Positions 13,821 to 27,549 of a stretch of DNA of 64,000 nt are shown here, piece by piece. The stretch is from Octopus vulgaris. Its lineage: Eukaryota. The first letter of the stretch is position 1, and the number at the start of each line of letters is the position of its first letter. A model generated the notes under the pieces. It saw only the letters and a program-made list of their open reading frames with translations, was not told the origin of the DNA and did not search any database. The stretch lies in the NCBI GenBank assembly GCA_951406725.2, contig OX597820.1, positions 80,662,001 to 80,726,000 of the forward strand. Reading direction: 5' to 3'. Both the position numbers and the translations under genes were made by a program.

Positions 13821-14348
13821 TCATTCAAAATAATGTAGAGTACAACAAAGATTTGGTGTTTGGTATTGTACAATATAAAAAAAAAACTGGAATGCAGAAA
13901 ATAGCAAGGATTTGCTAGTGAATAAATAATAAAACTAAACAGGATATTCATAATGTCCTGTTGGTGGAGTTAATAGGAAAACAAGACAATTCGTTATAAA
14001 CAAAAATGCGGGTGCGATAAAATATTACATACGGCGAGTGGAAAAGATACTTAAAAGCAAGAATTTGTAATATGCAAACACAAAATTAGTGGGAGCGTAT
14101 CGCTGATCGACGTGTTACGTAGTGAAATGAGAACAATTCGTGATACAAGATAAATTCGTCTCTACACAACGTAAATCCATTCGTAAAATAGAACTTGCCA
14201 AACAAAATTTGCATAAATTGATTATAGAAAAAGAAGAAAATAGTTATGTGATGCGCAAGATCGATCTAGGAGACGCCTTTTGTTGGGATATTTGACAATA
14301 CGTTGAATGTGTAATTCAAATTATTTTCATGTCTATATTACTGGTTGG

Positions 14349-14787
14349 GGATTTTTTCAGTTTGAACGGCAGTTTTTAAACATAATTTCTAGGTAACTAA
14401 AAAATTTTAAACTTCGTATACTGGTAGAATGTGTTTATAAAACATCTTTTTCTCTTGGCTTTATTGAGAAATTCTATAGTTTGTAAGATATTTGTTGTCT
14501 TTTTTCTTCAATTTCTGCAATTTCAACCAATCACTGACGTCTATTGAGGTAAAAAAAAACAACATTCTGTGCCGTATGAATATGTCCCTCGTTTAAGAAA
14601 CAGATTAGGTTTATTTACATTTGTGAAGAAAAAAAGATACCCTTCCCCCCACCCCTAACCCTAACCCTAACTAACCCTAACCCTAAAACAGATTGAAATG
14701 CAATAGATCGATACTAGGGTCATAATTATGGGTGACAATTTCATATGACACCGCTAGAACAAACTGCCGTTCAAACCGAAAAGATCC
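14349..14787. mobile_element. Merlin-like MITE with internal (CCCTAA)n
   Basis: TIRs GGATTTTTTCAGTTTGAACGGCAGTTT and AAACTGCCGTTCAAACCGAAAAGATCC, with an exact 8-bp TSD CTGGTTGG (14341-14348, 14788-14795). GG termini plus an 8-bp TSD fit Merlin. Confidence 0.75.
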
Positions 14788-15084
14788 CTGGTTGGTTTAT
14801 TCCATACATGCTTAATCTGATATATAAACAACATAATAAAAAGAACATGCATGGCTTTGATTGCATCAGAAGTTATGTAAATTACATGTCAGGGCAAATG
14901 TCTCTATATTTTTTATATTAATTATGAATGTATAAAGAAATTATTAACATCTTAAAAGTTGTGATATCAAAAAGAAAAGAAAAAGAGAAACATGAATGTG
15001 CGAAACAATTGCGGTTTTTATTTTGTTTTTCAGTATTACATGTTCAGTATTACATATAATTCTTAAAAAAACAACAGACAACTA

Positions 15085-15300
15085 TAAAGGTTAGGGGATA
15101 TTGTTAGGGGGTTTAAGATCAGAGTTAAGTTTTAGAGTTGACATTGGAGTTAAGTGTTGGTGTTTAGGACTTAAAATCTAGAGATAAGGTTAGAATTTGA
15201 GTTTAAGGCTAGGGTTTTATGATTGTATTTGGGATTTATAGCTTGGATTAAGGAATAGGATTTAGTGTTAGGTTTAGATTCAGGGTTTCGTGGTAGGTTT
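15085..15300 (+). repeat. Degenerate TTAGGG-like hexamer tract
   Basis: Repeated GGTTAG/TTAGGG/GTTTAG variants. Confidence 0.55.
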
Positions 15301-16265
15301 AAAGAAATAGAAAATGAAAATAATCTAATTTGGGATCTTTTTTCATCGAATAGTATATGACTAAGTTTAAAACATAGAAATAACAAAAAATCTGGACAAA
15401 AATCCTTAGGGTTTTGGTCCGGTATATCCCTAAGGGTTTAGCAATTGTTTTTATAAACTAATATGCAATATTACAATCACTCTCAGGCAGCACGCATTAC
15501 GTATTCCGGTTAATAAATACATACCTACCTGCATACATACGTACGTACGTTCGTATGTAACATACGTACATATGTATGTAATGTACGTACGTATATATAT
15601 ATATATATATAACATGCATACGCATATATGTGTATGCGTGTGCTTGCACACGCGTGTGTCTGTGGAAGGGTATAAAATGTATTTTTATATTAAAGTGTAT
15701 TATAGACATATTCAGAATAGTATTAGATAGTGCTAGATATAGAATGCTTGAAAGATTTGCATCATGTGACAACCTTTGAATGACAGCCAACCGGTTAGAT
15801 AATAGACAATCTAATGGTTCTTTCAATCTCCACCTATAGTTCTTGCACGATTTCCTAACGTTTTATTCCTCCTCTCCCTCCAGCCTCTATATCTTTGGCT
15901 ATTTTCACTCTCAAACTTATCCTCCTCGGCCCACGAATTTTCATTGTTTGTCTTGTTTTCATTAATTTTTTTTTTGTATATAAATTACAAATATTCTTTG
16001 TGAAGGCGTTTTCCTTTAGCTATTTTCGGCACATTATAAAATAAACGAATGGACATTGACTACATACATGCATACATACATACAAACATACATACATACA
16101 TACATACACACATTCATACATATGTATATGCGTGTATGCATGTATGTATATATGTGTGTGTATGTATGTATGTATGTATGTATGTATGTATGTATGTATG
16201 TATGTATGTATGTATGTATGTATCTATGTATCTATCTAGCTATATATATATATATACAGATAGAT

Positions 16266-16317
<52 letters not shown>

Positions 16318-17239
16318 TTGTATATACACTTTTCTCTGTATATGAACATATGTGTACATACATGTATGTGCACACACATACACACATATATGCATACATA
16401 CATGTGTGCACGCATACTCTTGCGTATAATGGTTATATTTACTGGATGCATATATATATAAAAAATAACATCTATATTTAGAATACATTCATATACATTT
16501 GGATAAGTATTCATATGATACAAATGTCTATATGTGTGTGTGTGTGTGTGTGTGTGCACATACATTGTATGTACACCACATACATGTATGTGTACATACA
16601 TGTGTCTGTGTCTGTGGGCAATCGTCTGTCAGCATAGGATAATGAAGTATTACACCTACAATTGAAACCAATGGAACACAGACAATTAAGTATTGTTGTC
16701 GAAAAATAGGAGGGCTCTCTATATAAGGAAGGTACTCATCTAGACTGAATTGTAGTTTCAATTCGTCGTCGGGGGAAAACCTGTGTCATATCAGAAGAGC
16801 ATAGTATAGGAAAATAACGGGTATTTTTGCCTGGTTCGGACCAGTCTACTTGCAGGTTAGGCGCTTGAGCCAAGCCTGCTGGCTGGTCGGGCTTAGCGAC
16901 AAACAAACTTCCTAGAGCCTTTGTGTTTCTTTTCTAAATTCTCCATCATATATTGAAATTAAATTTGCCATAACGAAAGAACAAGAAACAAAATCGACCA
17001 ACGAAACTCCTCAAAAAGAGGCATTGGAAAAACCAGAAACTTGTAGCATTTCTTTCAACGCCGAATCTCGAGTTACGTTATTATCTGGATCTTCATTTGG
17101 CCTTACAGTTATTTTCAATTGAACCATGAACAATTGGTAAGAATTTTAATTTTTTAAATGAAATCTGTTTCCTTTTATTTATTTCTCTTTTTATCTATTT
17201 ATATATTGAAACAATGTAAACTAACAGTTCAAAATTGTT

Positions 17240-17410
17240 AGCCAAACAAAATGCTTAGCGGCATTATGTTCGTCTTCACGTTCTAAGCTTAAATTCTGCC
17301 GGAGTCGACTCTGCCTTTCATCCTTTCGGGGTCGGTGAAATAAATACCAGTAGATGTAATCGACTAACCCCGTTCCCAAAACATGCTGGCCTTGTGCCAA
17401 AATTTGAAAC
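17240..17410 (+). mobile_element. SINE related to family B
   Basis: GTCGACTCTGCCTTTCATCCTTTCGGGGTCG domain, ending at a (TAT)n tract. Confidence 0.75.
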
Positions 17411-17415
17411 TATTA

Positions 17416-17485
<70 letters not shown>

Positions 17486-17487
<2 letters not shown>

Positions 17488-17935
17488 CTTCTTAACATAG
17501 TGTAGGTAAAAATGCACCGGAGTATTTAGTCATCTGTCAAGTCACATCAATGACCTTAGAAGACAGATAATACTTTCCTTAAGATGTGCGCAGTGCTCAA
17601 TAAGTCTGCTTTTTGCAAGACATCAATCTTGCGTGAGATTTCCAGTTGCCTTAAGAAGTATTGAAATTCCAATGGGATTGAGCCCAATGATCCGATCACC
17701 ACTGGTATCACTTTTACATTACCCTCTCACATTCCATACAGTCATGCCGTTTCCACTTTCAGTTCGCAACTGCTCAGATATTCATTGCGGTAATCAAATT
17801 GTTGGCATTCAGGTTGGATTTCGACACCATCTTCACCCTTTTTTTTATACGCCTCGCTGGCCTTGACTTTCATTTCTCTGTGTAGAATGTCAGCCAACTC
17901 CAAAATCCCTAAATATCTATACCCACTACCATGGT
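17486..17935 (-). mobile_element. R4/Dong-like non-LTR element, internally deleted 3' remnant abutting (TAA)n
   Basis: GYRYLGILE..SKSNLNANNLITAMN joined to VKVIPVVIGSLG..LQKADLLSTAHILRKVL*. The 3' end runs into the 17411-17485 TAA tract. Confidence 0.8.
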
Positions 17936-18179
17936 ATTGTTGGTTAATATTCCTTCTATTAACATTATGGAAAAAAAATTACCCGTAGATTTAAAGCTCA
18001 AGTTTCGAACTGCACTAAAAATCTATTAAGAAGTTAACACTGCAACAGTATTCATTAAGAAAAAGTACAGGAAAATCCAAAACGTTAGTAAGATCAGTTT
18101 GTGGTTACAAAACAAAAAAAGAATGTTATTTTAAAGCCAAACGGGTGGGCAACATGAATCGTGGTTGTACCTGTGAAAT

Positions 18180-18560
18180 GAATAAAATCGACTATTTTAC
18201 ATCACGTATAACTAAAAAAAATCTGTAAAATCAAAACATACCCATTGAAGGTTTTGACTTGAACATCGTAGATAGTAACAGCTTGCAAATCGCACTTTTT
18301 CTTGTTGAAATACACCGAAAAATGGCGATACAGCAGTAAAATAATCGTAAAAAATAGGGATTTTCATAGACAAAAGGCACCTTTTTGATGTAAATAATTT
18401 TTGGTCTTAACATGGTCCGATTTGAACTTTTTCTTCTACGGAATGAAGAGCAAGCCTTCTTCTATCATACTTTCAATTTTGGTCAACTTGCACCGCAGGG
18501 TCTCGGAAGAGATAGTGTTAGTTGCCACACACACACACAGACAACTTCAGCTTTATATAT
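18180..18560 (+). mobile_element. Possible non-autonomous Helitron/Helentron-like fragment
   Basis: Ends in CACACACAGACAACTTCAGCTTTATATATA, resembling DINE-1/HINE-type ends. Recognition only. Confidence 0.3.
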
Positions 18561-18613
18561 ATATATATAATATTTTTAGCATATAAGGGATCCACATAGA
18601 GGTCTCTCCTATT

Positions 18614-18819
<206 letters not shown>

Positions 18820-18821
18820 GT

Positions 18822-19100
18822 GGAGACACAGTGGCCCAGTGGTTAGGGCAGCGGACTCGCGATTGTAGGATCGTGGTTTTGATTCCCAGACCGGGCTTTG
18901 TGAGTGTTTATTGAGCGAAAGCAGGGGGTAGTGGCGATCCCTGCTGTACTCTTCTGCCACAACTTTCTCTCACCCTTTCTTCTGTTGGCCTGCTCGCTTA
19001 GCCAGCGGGGTGGCGTCATTTGAAGGCTAAAACAATGCGAAGCGCATTGTGACCAGCGATGTGTAGCAACATCTGATAACCTGGTCGGTCACAGTGATCA
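18822..19100 (+). mobile_element. tRNA-derived SINE (family C)
   Basis: A-box TGGCCCAGTGG and B-box-like GTTTTGATTCC. Head shared with 37862-38201. Confidence 0.8.
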
Positions 19101-19162
19101 CACAGTGATATATATACATATACATACATATACATACACACACACACACACACATATATAGT

Positions 19163-19435
19163 GAGAGGGCATGGCCTAGTGGTTAGGGTGTTTTACTCAC
19201 GATCGCGAGATTGTGGTTTCAATTCCTAGACCAGCTGGTGCGTTGCGTTCTTGAATAAAACACTTCATATCACGTTGTCCTGCAATCACTTGGACACCTG
19301 ACGCATGATACACTGTGTACCTGTTCGGACAATGTCAATTTGATGGAGAGAGTGAGCTAATGATCACTATAAATAGATTATTTGTGCAGATCGTTCGGCA
19401 AGTTGAACGCTCATGCGTTGTCTTCGACGGGAGAG

Positions 19436-19440
<5 letters not shown>
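19163..19440 (+). mobile_element. tRNA-derived SINE
   Basis: A-box TGGCCTAGTGG, B-box GTTTCAATTCC and CORE-like TTCTTGAATAAAACACTT. Similar to 52344. Confidence 0.75.
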
Positions 19441-19498
<58 letters not shown>

Positions 19499-19502
19499 TT
19501 TA

Positions 19503-19749
19503 CTCTCTCTTTTTTACTCTTTTACTTGTTTCTGTCATTTGACCGCGGCCATGCTGGAGCACCGCCTTTTAGTCGAGCAAATCGACCCCAGCACTTATTC
19601 TTTGTAAGCCTAGTACTTATTGTATCGGTCTATTTTGCCGAGACGCTAAGTTATGGGGACAAGCAAACCAGCATCGGTTGTCAAGCGATGTTGGGGGAAC
19701 AAACAGACATGCAAAGATATATACACACACACATACATAATACATACAC

Positions 19750-19793
<44 letters not shown>

Positions 19794-20139
19794 CCGACGG
19801 GCTTCTTTCAGTTTCCGCCTACCAAATTCACTCACAAAGCTTTGGTCGGCCATGTGGTTGGTAAGCAAGTTACTTACCACACAGCCACTTCTGAGCTTAT
19901 ATATATACTTTTGTTTCCGTCACTTGACTGTGGCCATGCTGGAGCATCGCCTTCAGTCGAGCAAATCGACCCTAGGACCCACTCTTTGTAAGCCTAGTAC
20001 TTATTCTATCGGTCTCTTTTGCCGAACCGCTTTGTTACGGGGACGTACACACACCAGCATCGGTTGTGAAGCGAGGCTGGTGGGACAAACACACAAACAC
20101 TCACACACACGCACTCACATATATATATATATATGTGTC

Positions 20140-20196
<57 letters not shown>

Positions 20197-20358
20197 GACG
20201 GGCTTCTTTCAGTTTCTGTCTACCAAATCCACTCACAAGGCTTTGGTCGGCCTGAGGCTATAGTAGAAGACACTTGCCCAAGATGCCACGTAGTGGGACT
20301 GAACTCGGAACCATGTGGTTGGTAAGCAAGCTACTTACCACACAGCCACTCCTGCGCC
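19503..20358 (-). mobile_element. Two adjacent family A SINEs (19503-19889 internally deleted; ~19908-20358 full)
   Basis: Reverse-complement matches to 409-826. Confidence 0.85.
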
Positions 20359-20408
20359 TATATATATTATTTATATTATTTAATTGAACGCCACGCATCC
20401 ATTTCCCA

Positions 20409-20454
<46 letters not shown>

Positions 20455-20689
20455 ATTCACTCATACGACTCTGTTGCTTGCAAATCAAAGAAGGTACTCA
20501 ACAAGTTTGTGCTGATTATTTAGTCATATCACTAAGTTAATTGATGAGTGCCTTATTATACCAGCAGGGAAACGACGAAACCTTGATAAACACACTATCT
20601 CTAATCTCATTTAGAACATTTTTTTTCTTTTTGCAGACATCTTAGTCATATGGTTGAGAATACCTTTAGCTACTGTGTGTGCGCGTGCG

Positions 20690-21000
<311 letters not shown>

Positions 21001-21039
21001 CCTACCTCCTACATACATTCATCTTCTCTCAAACTTTTC

Positions 21040-22830
21040 CGACACTTTAAAAAAAACCGTTACTCTTGCCACATCATCTTCTTTAGTTGTTGCCTTCACC
21101 TCAACGTCATCTTCAAAGATTTCCGTCTCCACTTCCACCCTACATATCACGCAACCACTTCCATCGAACCCATCCTAATTCTCCCTACCGTATGCTTGCC
21201 ACTATCCGTTACAATCTTTCTGGCCACCATTACTCACTTCTCTATTCTATCAGTGGTTTTTTTCCCCTGCTGCTTCTCATTCGCTGTCCATTCCATTCTA
21301 CAGTTAATCAGAACCGCTTTCTTGCTCGCACAAAGCACTTCAAGCCCCTATCATTTCTCCACCCTGTCCTACCCAACGTCACTACACTCAGCTTTCCTCC
21401 CATCCCCAAAATCTGCTACTCTCACCCCACCCCGCTACCGTTTCCCACTCACCCTCTACCCCTACCAACGACACTTACCCACCTGCTACCACCTCCTTCC
21501 TCACATCGTCTAATCCTGTCACCGCCACCACCAACCCTTCCTCACCTAACCTGCTTTCCTTCAGCTCCACTCCTCTTCACATTATTGTTGCTATTCTCCC
21601 TGAGTCTCTCTGAAGCTGAGCGTTCTCTCCTTAGTAGGGCTCTCCGTTTCATAGTCCTTATTTTGTCCAGCAAAGACTTTCGGGCCTGGGTTGATGTCCA
21701 AAACTTTGTGCGCCATGTCAGGATGAATGCTCTCTTTCATAATGCTTCACCTGCATCTAGCGTACAAGACTACTTCACTAGCCTAGAACGCCGGCCATCT
21801 CTATGGACGCAATGCCCTTGGCCTGTTCCATTCACCTGATCAGTTTGCAAGTGCTTATCATTACACTCTAAACAGGTTCGACTTCGGTAGGCGCCTCCGA
21901 CAACTTAACAACTGCCGAGCTTAACTCTCAGCCTTCCGTTGTCTCCGATACCGTGAGGACCTCGTCATCTAGCTGGATGGCAGTGGTGGAGTTGTGGTTG
22001 TGTGGTGTGTAGATCTCTACTGGGAAGAGGCGCTTCTGCCAACTTCAAGATACCTTACGCTATTGTCCGCTATCCACTGACCTCACGCATCACCATCAAG
22101 TCGTTTCCTCACTCAAACACGAACTCATTTTCTCCCTCCGCACCGCCTCCATCCACTATTTTACATGCTTTCCGCACGCATCCTGACACATCTCCTCCAC
22201 CCTAGTCTTACTTTCCTACGAACACACACGTAATCTACACGACTTATAGGTTCATAGTTCTTTCCTCACTCCCAGCACTAAAGTTGAGTTCCTCTCTTGC
22301 TTTTGCCTACGCAGCCTTCCTTTCTAACACCATCGTCTTCACTGATACCCACCACCATTTCTTCCATGTCTTTGGCTTTCTTACATTGGATATACTTATG
22401 CCATCTCTATTTTACCTAAACACGTCTATCCTGTCAGACGCACACAACAGCCTCATACACACCCATACAAATACTATGCACACACACACACATGAACACA
22501 TAAACGCATAAGATAGCTTCACACACACACACACACGCCCAGTTTACACACACGTCCATTTCACAGTGGTCCCATTGTCACTCACGCCTAAAGCGACCTT
22601 TCAGCCACGTCCGATCATTTTAGCATGCCGTAGTGGTTGTATACACGTCCATTTTTCTTTATTTTCTTTTTCATTGGTCTCCCCTTGTTTATCCTTTCTT
22701 TCAGAAGAAGAATGTATACTTGAAATGTAAAAGATACTTCCGTTTTTTCCATTTTCCTGAGTGTCAACACTATTTTTCTTTTTGTCTCGTCTTCGTGTTA
22801 TATTTTTTTAACTATTTATTTGTATACTAC
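21040..22830 (+). mobile_element. Penelope-like element remnant (N-terminal/RT region and pLTR with decayed hammerhead)
   Basis: [33 protein letters not shown] and REDLVI*LDGSGGVVVVWCVDLY (cf. PLE DLVIKPADKGGAVVVW). The 3' segment at ~22697-22735 reads CTTT-CAGAAGA-A..GAAA-TG-TA-AAAG, homologous to 62924-62959. Confidence 0.75.
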
Positions 22831-23477
22831 TGGCAACGGCATGCTTAAACAAATCCATCGCTGCATTAAAGCAAATTGTGAGGTTGAACCAGCTTCAGCT
22901 GGGTGTGTCCGATGGGGAAAGATCCGAAACATGTGATAACCCCGGCTCATCCAGATCTATCTTTCATATATTAAGCTTGTTCGACTCAATCTGAGAGTAG
23001 TCTGTAACCAACTGAAAATATCAGAACTCTAGTTTCCTGTCATAGGCATATATCAATCGATACCCGAGAAATAAACACATAGTCCTATAGGCTATAACAA
23101 TTGCTTTAGGTCTTGTCATAAATACAAACTGAAAAGAATATTTCACATACATAGTGTGACGGCTTCAAACAGAACAAAACCTAATCGTATATATTAAAAG
23201 AAAAAATGTTTCAAAACAGTAATGTATATATATAAAAGAATAACAGTCACCGACTGTTAAGAAGGTTAAACAGGTGTCTCAGTGCCATTCTACTTTTTAA
23301 AGACGTTTTAAAATAGAAAATGTCAATAAAAGCGTTGTCGAATTCGGTACTTGTTTTACTTGTATTTCAGACTTTTATTCGCAAAATTAGAACACCCCAT
23401 GACTAGTGATTGTGGTATTTCCTTTCTCACGCACATACTAAATTACACACACACGTACTAAATTACACACACACACA

Positions 23478-23512
<35 letters not shown>

Positions 23513-23729
23513 ACACACACACACATACACAAACACACACACACACACACACGCACGCACACACACACACACAGACATACACTCGCTCACGTCCACTGCA
23601 GGAGTGTCTGTGAACAGTCATCAAGCAGTGCATAAATAACATTGGAGATAGCTGTCCTAAGATATCAATCTCCCGTTCCATAATTCTCTCGGGAGTCAGT
23701 AGTAGTAGTGGTAGTAGTAGTATTAGTAT

Positions 23730-23762
<33 letters not shown>

Positions 23763-23852
23763 CGACAACAGTAGATGCTGCAGGCAATAACGCCACATCA
23801 CTATTACAAGTTTCTTTTTATAGTTTTTTATATTTTTTATTTTATTTCTTGG

Positions 23853-24361
23853 AGTAGATTTGCCACCTAAATGTGGCTAACCATTAATGGCGGATGCTAC
23901 TGTAGCTTGTAGCCCCAGGAAGACATCTTTTCCAGCTGGTTATTGACACACTACCTGTGCCCTATCAGTATTTGCAAAGGGAAGTCATCGTTCCCATCTC
24001 CAGCCTGACGTGATACACACGTACCCGAGTTTCTGGGTATTGATCCGGCATCCGCGTTTGACAACCACCAGTTGGCGATGGGAAATGATTCTCAATGCAA
24101 ATACATATTATATTTGCATTGAGAATCATTTTCCATCGCCAACCGGTGGTTGTCAAACGCGGATGCCGGATCAATACCCAGAAACTCGGGTACGTGTGTA
24201 TCACGTCAGGCTGGAGATGGGAACGATGACTTCCCTTTGCAAATACTGATAGAGCACAGGCAGTGTTTCAACAGCCAGCTGGAGGAGATGTCTTCCTGGG
24301 GCTACAAGCTGCAGTTGCATCAACCCTTAAGGGTTAGCCACGTTTAGGTGGAAAATATACT
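23853..24361. repeat. Long palindrome, arms ~251 bp, 7-nt loop (24104-24110)
   Basis: Arms are colinear reverse complements. The ORF track shows near-identical ORFs on both strands (23965-24204 minus, 24010-24249 plus). Confidence 0.97.
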
Positions 24362-24749
24362 TCACGATATCGTGCAGCTACTGTTTATACCTCGCTCTGA
24401 AAATTTTTATGGTTTATTTTTCTGTTTTCTTTTAAACAAAAGAGTATTGAAGTTTCTTTCAATTGAAGTTTGTTGTCAAGCATCTCCCAGCTTTTTCTCT
24501 GGTTCTCTTCTCTTTCTTCCTCCGCAGGCATTAATGTATTTCTATAATGTCACTATCCCTCAACGAAGAACTTTTTCCAGTTTTCGCTAGGAAAAAGGCA
24601 TGACCATTCTTTGTTAACTGTATTTTGAATATATAATTAATCATTCACCCAGCTTTTACTCTATCTGAGATTTCAGTGTTCAAATTTTGGCATATATTAG
24701 GTGTGTAGAAATGCCACATATTTTCAAGCAAATAGTCAGACATCATATG

Positions 24750-25400
24750 CACTATATATATCCTGATGGTTTGGGTGATCGGGAATGCGAAAGGTAGTTT
24801 AACAAATTCAAAAGCAGTGAAGAGGATTCATGTCAAAGTATCGGGGACTTGTCCCGGTGGCTTAATAAACCTCGGTCCACTGTGCAAGAGCACCTCAAGC
24901 AGATTAGGAAAGAGTACGGAGAAGGAAAGGGGTATTCATCCCGCCACATGACAAAGTTAGCCCAAGAAAAGATGAATTCATTAGGCTGGTAGGATATACT
25001 TCTGTGCATCATATTTAATGGAGATACATTAATCTATACGTCCTGGACAAGTAATCGAGCTCGATAGAAATCGATCTGATGAAGCAATCCGGCATTGCCA
25101 CAAACTATTCCATCTTGTCCATGCCCCCTTTCTGCTTGAGTCCAATGGTTCTAGTCATTTGTTTTACCTGTACTTTTAGTCGGACATCTTCTTGGATGAA
25201 ATGACGCCTCTCTTTGCACTGAGGTCTTGCCAAGCTGGATCTTTCAGAAGTGGCTTTGTTGCTTGCAATACTTTCTCTAGTTTTCATTTCCTCCGTGTTC
25301 TTACTCAGGTACCATTTAATAACATATTGTTGGAGTCCTTGTATTTTAATACTTCTCTTACTCATTATAGCTAAAGCTGCAAGATGTTACTGGTCTCATA
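24750..25400 (-). mobile_element. Possible highly decayed Penelope-like RT remnant
   Basis: ..SERSSLAR..LKQKGGMDKME resembles the PLE (A)DKG..MDK.EY region. Weak. Confidence 0.35.
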
Positions 25401-26849
25401 CAATGCTACACTTTTTGTAGATACAGAGAAAATCACTTACGGGGAAAGCTACAAAAAGGCACTGATCAGCCTTTCGTTAGAAATAAATTAATACAGTCAT
25501 ATCGCTGAGTATAAAGCAGTAGGTAGTTCATATCTTGCAGTAATATTCATAGCAATTTGAACTAAACCACTTCAAAGTTAGATATTCTGATCACGAACGT
25601 AACTCAATGGCGGTGATATGGCATGAATAGTTCATCACTTCTCTGGTTTTCTGGTAACCTAGAGATTCAGAATCAATCCAGCCAAAGTAAAACTAGGCTG
25701 CCCAGTGCAACTTCTCCATTACTCAAGTTTCAAAGATTCTCTTAACTTAGCTGTAAATAATTACTACACAGTAGCAAGTTCCACTACAATAAGCAACACT
25801 TTAGCGATTAAATTTGACGATTATTTTAGTTGATTCCAGTATCAAATTTAGCTACTTTCTTAGATGGGTGGTCGGTTAGAAGCGTTTATTTAAAATAAGG
25901 CCAATCATTTATTTATATATACGTCTTATTAAAACAACTAAGCAAGAAACTTGAACATTTTACGACAGGTTTGTAAAGATATATAATTCACCGTGGTACA
26001 CTGTGATTGCTGTCCCTAATGAATTAGGTAAAATACAGTACGTTTGTAAAGAAGTGGTACAAATGATTGAATCATTTTTTAGAAGTCCGAAAGGAACGTA
26101 AATAACGGTTCTTAAAATAAGCTACCTTTTATCTAAAACTTAGTTAAAAACCTACAATGTTTTAGTGAAAAGGGCTCTATTACTTGTCTGTTCTCCACAC
26201 ATACTCAGTTTATTTTACTATGGTAAATAGCTATCAGATATTCAAGAAGTGTGAGCTGTGATAAATTAGTGTCCTAATTAGATGTAAATTGATCTCACAC
26301 AAGCCAGATAAAGCTACTAGTGTCTCTGGCTGTTATCCAGGACGCCAAGTGCTAGAGATGTGCTTAGGAGCTTCCAGATACAAAGCATAATTGTAGAAAT
26401 AACATAAAATGAAATAAACTGAAGTGTGAAAATTCCTTAAGGGGACATACGATAAGATATTTTAGTAGCAGTATTGTAGGATTAGATATTTTAGTAGAGT
26501 ATTGTAACTATTGCATTTTGAAAAAAGCCTAAATTTATCAATAAAGTTTAGTTTGAAAAGCTATTAAAATTACATTAATAAATATGTTATTAGTAAATGT
26601 TTTCATATTGTAAAAATACTTTGAAATATTGTGCATGGATAATAGAGTTTCAACCTCTTCAGCTAAATCTATCTCTCCAAATTTTGTCATTCGATGCTTG
26701 TCCACATTCAGTTGAAACTGTCGTTGGGATTTACATACATACATACATACATACACACACGAATATACGTATATATATATATATATTGATAAAACCGTAA
26801 GACAACAAAAGAAAGAAAGAGACCTCGATATTATGTAAATAGAGGAATT

Positions 26850-27032
26850 TATCTGTAAATGTAATATGTGACAATTATTCGGTAGCCATGACAAAACTCC
26901 GAGTTTCGGACGCCGTGGTGGAAATCCATGCCGCCATCTCTTCAGTTATCCAGTCATCGGAAATTCCACCTCAGCATCCGAAACTCGGAGTTTTATCAGG
27001 ACTACCGAATAATTGTCACATATTACATTTAC

Positions 27033-27037
<5 letters not shown>
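26850..27037. mobile_element. PLE-type terminal repeat with an inverted partial duplicate
   Basis: 26850-26924 is the reverse complement of 26963-27037. Flanked by TA-rich tracts and contains a hammerhead-like motif. Confidence 0.7.
26890..26950 (-). ncRNA. Type I hammerhead-like motif
   Basis: GATAA-CTGAAGA-[stem II]-GAAA-CTCGGAG-TT-TTGTC, with stem I GATAA/TTGTC. Confidence 0.6.
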
Positions 27038-27077
<40 letters not shown>

Positions 27078-27102
27078 GATAATAATAATAATATATAATA
27101 AT

Positions 27103-27166
<64 letters not shown>

Positions 27167-27430
27167 GTAATTATAATAATAATAATAATATATATATATA
27201 TATATATATATTAGTAGGGAATATAATTCTAAACTTACAGGGAAAAATTCAATTTAGCAATTCTAAATCAAATTTCACAATATATAATATACGGATATGA
27301 TTTAGAAAAACCTCTATTAAGCAATGCAATAGTGAATGATGTTATTCACACCATATAGAAAAAATTAAAAATACTATAAAAAACATTATTCTAAAAATCA
27401 ATAAAGTGCATAAACAATAAATATTAAATT

Positions 27431-27549
27431 GACTATGCGCGTTTCGTGGCTATAACTTCAAATAGATAATAATAATAAAATCAATTCGATTCAAAATTAA
27501 ATCGATCTAAAATTAATTCTATTTAAAAAATATAGTCACCTATCAGGTC
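27431..27549 (-). ncRNA. Variant or decayed hammerhead with a long stem II insert
   Basis: GAC-CTGATAG-GTGACTATA..TATAGCCAC-GAAA-CGCGCA-TA-GTC. The core deviates from CUGANGA. Confidence 0.5.

Noticed and set aside
18822-18895. tRNA-like heads here and at 409, 19163, 38130 and 52344
   Set aside because: They have A/B boxes but continue into SINE bodies, and I could not build a clean cloverleaf.
22901-22945. CCGATGG-GGA-AAGA-TCC-GAAAC hammerhead-like string
   Set aside because: Two core changes and no clear stem I or UH. Similar weak hits at ~20540, ~29585, ~47720-47795 and ~55211 were also dropped.
23965-24249. Mirror-image 79-aa ORFs on both strands
   Set aside because: A by-product of the palindrome, with no recognisable domain.
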